IMG/VR virus record: IMGVR_UViG_3300025141_015097
Span: 3,509-67,508 of that record
DNA: 64,000 nucleotides
Strand: one strand, 5' to 3'
Origin: a virus
Part shown: piece by piece, positions 57,980 through 64,000 of the stretch
Layout of the letters: every line of letters starts with the position of its first letter
How positions within the stretch are numbered: position 1 is the stretch's first letter
Program-made: the position numbers and the translations under genes
Notes under the pieces: generated by a model
Databases searched by the model: none
Told to the model about the DNA's origin: nothing
What the model saw: the letters and a program-made list of their open reading frames with translations, nothing else

Positions 57980-59248
57980 CTATTTTAAAACACCGCTTAA
58001 CAACTGGACATCTTTAATATCCTTTGGTTCGGCTCGTTTTTCTTTTAACTGTTTTATAACATCTAAAGAAGCAAATTTTAACGTCATGTGATAAAAATGA
58101 TTATCCGGATTAAATATTATTTCATCCTTTTTATGATTATAATTATGAATTTCCTTATTGTGGCAGCTTATAATCGAGCTATTAGCCCCAAAGTGTTTTT
58201 CTCTGTGTAAAAAATCTATATCCCTACAATCTCTAAGGCCGTAAGCAGACAATGTTCCGCTGCCGCCCACACAAAAATCATCAGTATCAAAATCTGAATT
58301 TAATAGCCATTTTTTGTATTCCCCAAAAAGGTTCTCAAATCTCATCATAAACTCTGGTTTAGCATTGTTCAAAAAATGAATACTGTTTTCATTAAAAATG
58401 CTTCTCGCTATTCGTAAAGTTTCTTCATGTGTGTCGTTGATGTGCGCTGAGTGTTTTCCAATTTTAAACAAGCCTCTTATTTCATTTTTTAGCTCGATCA
58501 GCTTATTTGGATTATCAGCCTCTATCAAATAAATCCTCGTAAAATCTACTCGATTATAACAAAGGCTGGCTTTATATGCGCCGCCCTGAAATTTATTCGA
58601 ATAATTCCCCAACCACTCTTCATTTTCATAGAGGGTTCTTATAAAATTATATGGCCCATAATTACGTAAGAAGGCTCTTTTGTCATAAACTATATTTGAA
58701 TATTTCGATATAGTTCTTCTTATCTCTTCTTCTTGACCTATGGCCGAGGGGAATACTGAAACTATATATGTATTTTTCTTAAGTTTGCAGTATTCTAAAG
58801 CAATCTGATCAGCATATTTTGTTTGCAGCCCTTCGGGTACGTATGTGTTTCTATTTTTAAAAAAGTTATAACTGCAATCCAACTGCCCCTCTTGTACTGG
58901 AGAGTCTCTACAGAAGACATTCTTGTTGTATAAAATGCTTGCCGCAATTCTATGTGCCGCGTTCAGGGGCGTATTATTATAAACGGGAACATAAGAAGTG
59001 TTTTTATTGAATCCTGTGTTTTCGATTGACTCTAAGATTTTATCAAATTCTTCGACATATGCTTCAAAATTAGATTTGCGAGGATTTGTGATTTCGTTGC
59101 AGTTATTCCACACTTTAAGATGGTGCCTATAAAGTTCTGTTGGAAATGAAGAATCTACATGCCTGTTTTTAGCATAAAAAAACTTAGCAGGTATATCAAA
59201 TCTTAAATAATTAACTAATTTAGCTGGCTCGCAATAAAATTCGTTCAC
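57980..59248 (-). CDS. Multidomain hypothetical protein (ParB/Srx-like N-terminus, nucleotidyltransferase-like C-terminus)
   Basis: ILESIENTGF...NAAHRIAAS; HSAHINDT; GGSGTLSAYGLRDCRDIDFL. Confidence 0.55.
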   Translation of the reverse strand: MNEFYCEPAKLVNYLRFDIPAKFFYAKNRHVDSSFPTELYRHHLKVWNNCNEITNPRKSNFEAYVEEFDKILESIENTGFNKNTSYVPVYNNTPLNAAHRIAASILYNKNVFCRDSPVQEGQLDCSYNFFKNRNTYVPEGLQTKYADQIALEYCKLKKNTYIVSVFPSAIGQEEEIRRTISKYSNIVYDKRAFLRNYGPYNFIRTLYENEEWLGNYSNKFQGGAYKASLCYNRVDFTRIYLIEADNPNKLIELKNEIRGLFKIGKHSAHINDTHEETLRIARSIFNENSIHFLNNAKPEFMMRFENLFGEYKKWLLNSDFDTDDFCVGGSGTLSAYGLRDCRDIDFLHREKHFGANSSIISCHNKEIHNYNHKKDEIIFNPDNHFYHMTLKFASLDVIKQLKEKRAEPKDIKDVQLLSGVLK

Positions 59249-59966
59249 TGTATTTCCTTTTACTTCTTATTTTCTTTTCTAATGAAAGCTGTAAACTAGC
59301 ATTAACTTTGTTGTCATTAATTGGATTTGCAATATTGTAAACGTAAAGTGGTTCATTTATAAACTCAAATTTGCCGCCACACATTTCTAGCATGGGAAAC
59401 ATAAAAGCCAAATCCCACGTCATCCTGTAGAATTTTCCGTCTTCTTGCAATAAGTCTTCTTTTTCTATATTTTTCCACAACTTATACTTAAATGTTCTTA
59501 GATGTGTTGCTAACCAGCTGTATTCTCTAAAAGCGTTTTGTTCCACCACCTGTTGTGGATACTTGTGCAGTGTTGACAGTCGGCCATCTGGATAGTGCAC
59601 ATAACTTCCGTAAGTTAACATAATATCATTTCTTCTATAATGATCCGCTACGACTTCTAAAGAATTGTCAGAAAAAAGCCAATCGTCGCCATCTACCGTG
59701 ACAATAATGTCCTCGTCGGCTGGGCTGGAATGCCTTATCGCCTCATATATGTTTTGCAGAGCATATTTTTTTTCTTCATTAATTAACAACACAAAGCGAA
59801 GATCGCCTTGTATTTCTTCTTGTATAGCAGCAACAGTATTGTCAGTAGAAATGTCGTCAACAATAATACACTGGAAATCTTTGTGTGTTTGTTTTTTAAT
59901 TTGCTTAATATTGTGTTTAATCCACTGTTCCACATTATATGCTGCTATAATAATTTTAAAATGCAT
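59220..59966 (-). CDS. GT2 glycosyltransferase
   Basis: IIAAYN...IVDDISTD...TVDGDDW; likely start MHFKII at 59966. Confidence 0.88.
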   Translation of the reverse strand: MHFKIIIAAYNVEQWIKHNIKQIKKQTHKDFQCIIVDDISTDNTVAAIQEEIQGDLRFVLLINEEKKYALQNIYEAIRHSSPADEDIIVTVDGDDWLFSDNSLEVVADHYRRNDIMLTYGSYVHYPDGRLSTLHKYPQQVVEQNAFREYSWLATHLRTFKYKLWKNIEKEDLLQEDGKFYRMTWDLAFMFPMLEMCGGKFEFINEPLYVYNIANPINDNKVNASLQLSLEKKIRSKRKYSERILLRAS

Positions 59967-59967
59967 T

Positions 59968-60708
59968 TTATATCTCTTGTGATTTTTTGAAACAATCAAA
60001 AATATAATTTATTACTTCTACATACTCAGAATAGGGCCGCGGCATATGAAAATCTATATAAAACTTTTCAAAAATCTTCATGGGAGCAAAAGCCATATCC
60101 GTTCTGTCAATACGCTTTGGAGCAGAAAACCCCTGTCTAAATCCTCTCTTGAGATTAACACATTTTTCTTCATATTTTGACCATGATTTTAATTTATCAT
60201 GTAAAATCCTTTCATCGGTGTTCCAACCATAATTCATATTATGCCAATTTTTAATAATGGCCGCATAATCATCAAAATTCACATCAAAAACCTCTTCATA
60301 TAGTTTACCCTTTGCAGCAATATAACACATTGGAATACATGGATGTCCTCGTGGATAAGCGTCTGAGCTAAAAACAGCTAGTTTGTCATCGTCAATCTGC
60401 TTTATTTGTTCTGTAAAATATTCGCGGCTGAGCGGCATCATATCCAAGTCGGACAACAGGCATACCTCGTCTGGAAATAGAGTCGGCCCAATTAGCCGAA
60501 TACACTGCGCTTGCAGCGCCGTAGGGGCGGTTTCTAGCGGCTTAACGCGGATTACCTCCCCGACACCCGTATCCACCTCAAAGTCCTCAGAAATCAAGAA
60601 CAAAGTGGGTTTAATGCCTATAATATTCCAAGCTTCAGCAACCAATGGCCAAAAATCAACATAATTTGGATTATCGTTGGTCGATACAATTACTCTGTCT
60701 ATTTTCAT
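59968..60708 (-). CDS. Putative GT-A glycosyltransferase
   Basis: DxD motif (SDLDMMP), WNTDE, DFH; island context. Confidence 0.55.
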   Translation of the reverse strand: MKIDRVIVSTNDNPNYVDFWPLVAEAWNIIGIKPTLFLISEDFEVDTGVGEVIRVKPLETAPTALQAQCIRLIGPTLFPDEVCLLSDLDMMPLSREYFTEQIKQIDDDKLAVFSSDAYPRGHPCIPMCYIAAKGKLYEEVFDVNFDDYAAIIKNWHNMNYGWNTDERILHDKLKSWSKYEEKCVNLKRGFRQGFSAPKRIDRTDMAFAPMKIFEKFYIDFHMPRPYSEYVEVINYIFDCFKKSQEI

Positions 60709-61553
60709 TTCTCAGCACTCTTATACAAGTTAATTATTTTTTTGGCGCGCTCAAGATACGTATGTTTTCTAGCCAACTCTAAGCCCATCTTGCCAATCAT
60801 ATCAAGCACTTTATCATTTTTTGAAAATGTTTCTATCTTAGAACACAACTCTTGCGGCGTTTCATACATAATACAATTAACACCATCAATAAATCCCAAC
60901 TCATAATACTGAGAGTTTCTGTTGGTTAATAACACGGTGCCCATTCCAATGGTTTCGAAGCTTCGGAAATTTATATCATTTGCTATATTCACATTGAAGT
61001 GGATCTTGTAGGAATTAACAGCGTGGACCATATCATCGCCCAGTACCCATATGTCTTTCTTAAGATTGTATTTTTCAGTTAACAGGTCAAGCAACCCGCC
61101 TCTGTTAAGAACAGAGCCACAGAAACCTAGCTTATATTTCTTTTCGATTCCCAGAGGCTTCATTAGGGTATGATCATAGGCGCTTGGGAACCAAACGCTG
61201 TGTTCGTTAACGAAATCTTTTGTCGCCTGTAAAACCTTATCATATTTGCCAGCATGAAATATCTTCATATATGGATCGAGGCCTCTACAGTGTGCGTCGA
61301 TCGACCATAAAAGCTTTACAGGCTTGTTATATAAAGACAAATCAGGTAACCAACCAGTCTCATCATAGTTTTCCAAGTTTATGATTAAATCATATGAATC
61401 AAATTCCGGAGTCTTATTAAAGTTTTCATGATTAAGCCCCCAAACATCCGCCTCTTTCCCCAATAACCTTAGAGCCCTTTGCATACAAAGAGATTCGCGG
61501 TAATTTTTATTTGCCTCGTGGCGGCCAGCTTCTTGTATTATTAGAGTTTTCAT
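60705..61553 (-). CDS. GT-B glycosyltransferase (CgeB / Glyco_trans_1_2-like)
   Basis: LGFCGS...NFRSFETIGMGTVLLT...KHTYLERA. Confidence 0.8.
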   Translation of the reverse strand: MKTLIIQEAGRHEANKNYRESLCMQRALRLLGKEADVWGLNHENFNKTPEFDSYDLIINLENYDETGWLPDLSLYNKPVKLLWSIDAHCRGLDPYMKIFHAGKYDKVLQATKDFVNEHSVWFPSAYDHTLMKPLGIEKKYKLGFCGSVLNRGGLLDLLTEKYNLKKDIWVLGDDMVHAVNSYKIHFNVNIANDINFRSFETIGMGTVLLTNRNSQYYELGFIDGVNCIMYETPQELCSKIETFSKNDKVLDMIGKMGLELARKHTYLERAKKIINLYKSAEK

Positions 61554-62209
61554 TCAATTGTCATTCTTAAAGTATCTAAGTGTAGCTGAACTGTTTGTTC
61601 GTTTTGATCAAAGTCTTGTCCTACAAATTCCAAGCCGCTTCTTTTTGTCGGAAAAGGATTTTTAACGATGAATTCGTCGTGTATTAAGCAATCTTCTAAT
61701 GTAAGCGGATAAATTTCGTCTCGGAGGAAATCTTGGTCGTAATGATAATAAACTCTATTTTTATAATTTGCTAATTTTTGTTTAATATCTGGTACTGAAT
61801 TGCCTTTGGCGCCAAACATACCTGCTAAGATGGGGTGTGTGAAGTGCCACGGATGATCCTTCATAATGTGAAAGCTCTTTCCGCTTGCAAGCCACTCATC
61901 GACTGCGGCTTTTTCTCTTAGTGTGGGCCGGGAATCTGTATCTCTAGAAATCACCGCTTCTATATTTGGATCCCCAAGCGGCACAAATCTCCAAGTAGAA
62001 GTCTTCCAATCGCCGAATTCGGCCAACTCGACAACTTCCACGTTTGAATATTTTTTAAGTTTAGCGATTAAACCATATGGTACGCTTTGAGCAATATAAA
62101 ATCGACAAATCCAATCTGGATATATTTTTTGAGCTAGTTCAGCATTTCTTTGAGCGCCATGTAAATATTTAGGATCGTTCCCCCACAGCGAAAAGGTTAT
62201 TAGCTTCAT
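61550..62209 (-). CDS. Putative GT-A glycosyltransferase
   Basis: ITFSLWG...WRF...SRDTDSR...AGMFG...DQDFL. Confidence 0.6.
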   Translation of the reverse strand: MKLITFSLWGNDPKYLHGAQRNAELAQKIYPDWICRFYIAQSVPYGLIAKLKKYSNVEVVELAEFGDWKTSTWRFVPLGDPNIEAVISRDTDSRPTLREKAAVDEWLASGKSFHIMKDHPWHFTHPILAGMFGAKGNSVPDIKQKLANYKNRVYYHYDQDFLRDEIYPLTLEDCLIHDEFIVKNPFPTKRSGLEFVGQDFDQNEQTVQLHLDTLRMTIE

Positions 62210-63999
62210 ACATATTTCTCATAAACTTCTTTTTCTTCTTTTCTTTTCCACTCAAAGTTTTCTGGATTTGTTGAAATTCCTTCGGGGTTAAAATAATATA
62301 ACCCTAAAACATCAGAAATCTTTTTAAATGCCGATCCTCCAGTCGAAGCGCGTAAAAACATCTCCCAATCGCCCGCTGAGCGGTACTTAGCGTCAAACAA
62401 CCCGTGCTTTTCATGCATTTCCTTCCGCCACATGGGGTTGTTGTGTGGTAAATTTTGCATTTTCATACCATCAATAGAAAATTCTGGAAAGTTATATCTC
62501 TGACCATTGCTAGAATTGTTCATAAATGTTTCATTTAGTTTGTGTGTTATAAAGCTATCTGCATAAACCAAATCAACGTCCGGATTTAAATAAAGTTCTT
62601 TCGCGTGTTTTTCCAAGGACCATGGCGCCTTTCTATCGTCTAGATTGGCATTCGTTAAATATTCCCCAGTTGACATCTTTACACCTTCGTTCCAAGTTCC
62701 ATAAATGCCGGGATCTTTGTCAAGCTTTTTATAAACAATATTATCTGGATACTTGTTCATATACTTTTCAATAACAGTGTATTCATTGCCGGGGGAATTT
62801 GCATCTACCAATACCAACTCACATTTATCTTTGAAAATAGTTTGTTGTGTAATGTCTTCTAAAAATTCTTTAATATATTTGTCACCATCATATACAGAAG
62901 TAATAATCGAAATTTTAGGTAGTTCTTCTGATGAAACTTTTTTAACCTCTTTTCCAATTATAGCTTTTGCCATCTGATTATACATTTTTTGTTCAGCAAA
63001 CTCTTTTACAATGTGTTTTTGTAATTTCTTTGCGGCGGACTTTTTAAATTTATAATTTTTATATACTTCTCGTAGTTTTATTTTAACATTGCCCTGCTTT
63101 GGATACGCCCATTGTGAATGCGCCTCTAAAACATTTTCCCAAACAACTTCCTTTTGGATGGGAAGCAGATCAATATCTACCTTAGTGTACATTCCTCTTT
63201 TCTTTATTTTGCCTTTTTTATTTTTTACATCCATATAAAGAAAATCTGTCTGGCCGCCCCAATCGTGAGAAACCACGGGCATGCCACTATAGGCCGCTTC
63301 AAAAATTGGAAGACCGAAGCCCTCGCCATGAGTTAACGAAAGTAAAACTTTTATCTTTGGGTGTACATATAGCGAATGTATTTCATCATTGTTCATAAAC
63401 CCATGGAGCAAATGTATCTTACACTTTCTTTGTGGATAATCACCTAAAAGATTCTTTAATTCTCTCTCGACCTGAAGTTGATCCATTATGGAATTATTCT
63501 TTTGATTAACCTTAAGCACCAAGCCAACTTTTTGATCAATAAATTCTTCTACAAACCAACGAACGGTGTTTTCTATATTTTTACGGGGGCCCCATTGAGC
63601 AACAACAAGAAAATTAAAATCATATTCAAACTTTAAACCTAAGTTGACCTTAGAGTAATTTTTAACTGGGTAATTTACAACATCAATCGGAGTTTCTAAT
63701 TTTAAAACTACCGGCTGTTGGTTGGGATCAGCGCCATTATAAACTGTTTGTTCAAAAATATTTTTACTAAATTCTGACACAACAATAATTTTATCAACAA
63801 ATCTATTTGCGGCATCTAACCACGCTGCTGAAACCTTGCTTGTTTCTATTCCTGCGGTTATACCAACATTAATAGGGGCTGCTCTATATTTTTCCCACTC
63901 ATTAGGAATTGTGACCAACAAAGCAATATCATATTGCCCGCCTTGTCTCACATGTTCTAAGGTTTTCCCTATTATGTTATCTATTTCGTGACGTTCGCT
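62206..63999 (-). CDS. GT4-GT2 fusion glycosyltransferase (5' truncated by window edge)
   Basis: RKN...GEGFGLPIFEA (GT4), then ISIITSVY...LVDANSP...NANLDD (GT2); frame is open to the window edge. Confidence 0.88.
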   Translation of the reverse strand, partial: SERHEIDNIIGKTLEHVRQGGQYDIALLVTIPNEWEKYRAAPINVGITAGIETSKVSAAWLDAANRFVDKIIVVSEFSKNIFEQTVYNGADPNQQPVVLKLETPIDVVNYPVKNYSKVNLGLKFEYDFNFLVVAQWGPRKNIENTVRWFVEEFIDQKVGLVLKVNQKNNSIMDQLQVERELKNLLGDYPQRKCKIHLLHGFMNNDEIHSLYVHPKIKVLLSLTHGEGFGLPIFEAAYSGMPVVSHDWGGQTDFLYMDVKNKKGKIKKRGMYTKVDIDLLPIQKEVVWENVLEAHSQWAYPKQGNVKIKLREVYKNYKFKKSAAKKLQKHIVKEFAEQKMYNQMAKAIIGKEVKKVSSEELPKISIITSVYDGDKYIKEFLEDITQQTIFKDKCELVLVDANSPGNEYTVIEKYMNKYPDNIVYKKLDKDPGIYGTWNEGVKMSTGEYLTNANLDDRKAPWSLEKHAKELYLNPDVDLVYADSFITHKLNETFMNNSSNGQRYNFPEFSIDGMKMQNLPHNNPMWRKEMHEKHGLFDAKYRSAGDWEMFLRASTGGSAFKKISDVLGLYYFNPEGISTNPENFEWKRKEEKEVYEKYV

Positions 64000-64000
64000 A

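Larger units (their letters stand above)
1..64000 (-). mobile_element. Segment of a large T4-like tailed bacteriophage genome
   Basis: gp20-like portal, gp17-like terminase, gp25 and gp6-like baseplate proteins and a gp55-like sigma factor, all co-oriented and densely packed; no host housekeeping genes or integrase seen. Confidence 0.95.

Noticed and set aside
141-63336. Plus-strand ORFs in the track (e.g. 598..942, 3937..4347, 42293..42760)
   Set aside because: All are antisense shadows of well-supported minus-strand genes, with no recognisable motifs
1-64000. Diversity-generating retroelement, retron or CRISPR array
   Set aside because: No reverse transcriptase or cas gene, no TR/VR-like pair and no regularly spaced repeats seen by eye
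1-64000. Stop-codon reassignment
   Set aside because: Genes are full length in the standard code, and TAA, TAG and TGA all end genes at tight junctions; the large coupled ORF junctions at 27386 and 39397 change frame
1-64000. tRNA, rRNA or structured ncRNA genes
   Set aside because: Intergenic gaps are all under ~70 nt and none shows cloverleaf or T-loop motifs

Overview
The window is a 64-kb segment of a large, AT-rich, T4-like (myovirus-type) tailed phage genome. Essentially every real gene is on the minus strand, and the genes are tightly packed with ATGA/TAATG overlaps. In transcription order (right to left): (i) a ~17.5-kb sugar-nucleotide/glycosylation island (gmd, fcl, short DegT aminotransferase, cupin, two methyltransferases, ~8-9 putative glycosyltransferases, and a kinase / B12-radical-SAM / nucleotidyltransferase-HAD trio); (ii) a gp55-like late sigma factor; (iii) a ~33-kb baseplate/tail module (spike-like, gp25, gp6-like wedge, LamG proteins, very large virion proteins, tail-collar-like proteins); (iv) RuvC-like resolvase, primase and a fused Mre11-Rad50; (v) small proteins with probable head-targeting N-termini plus a holin/spanin-like group; (vi) terminase large subunit and portal. 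The strongest lead is a [S/T]-[G/A/S]-S tripeptide that is dense in five tail proteins and absent from others, next to a complete glycosylation island: a candidate sequon-directed virion O-glycosylation system. Other leads are polyproline-linked Cys-rich modules ending two giant virion ORFs, a tail-collar domain apparently split across four genes, a candidate ACTAATTA late promoter, and iterated GGCGCC/GCCGGC palindromes. All calls come from motif recognition by eye; no database searches were run, and counts are manual and approximate.
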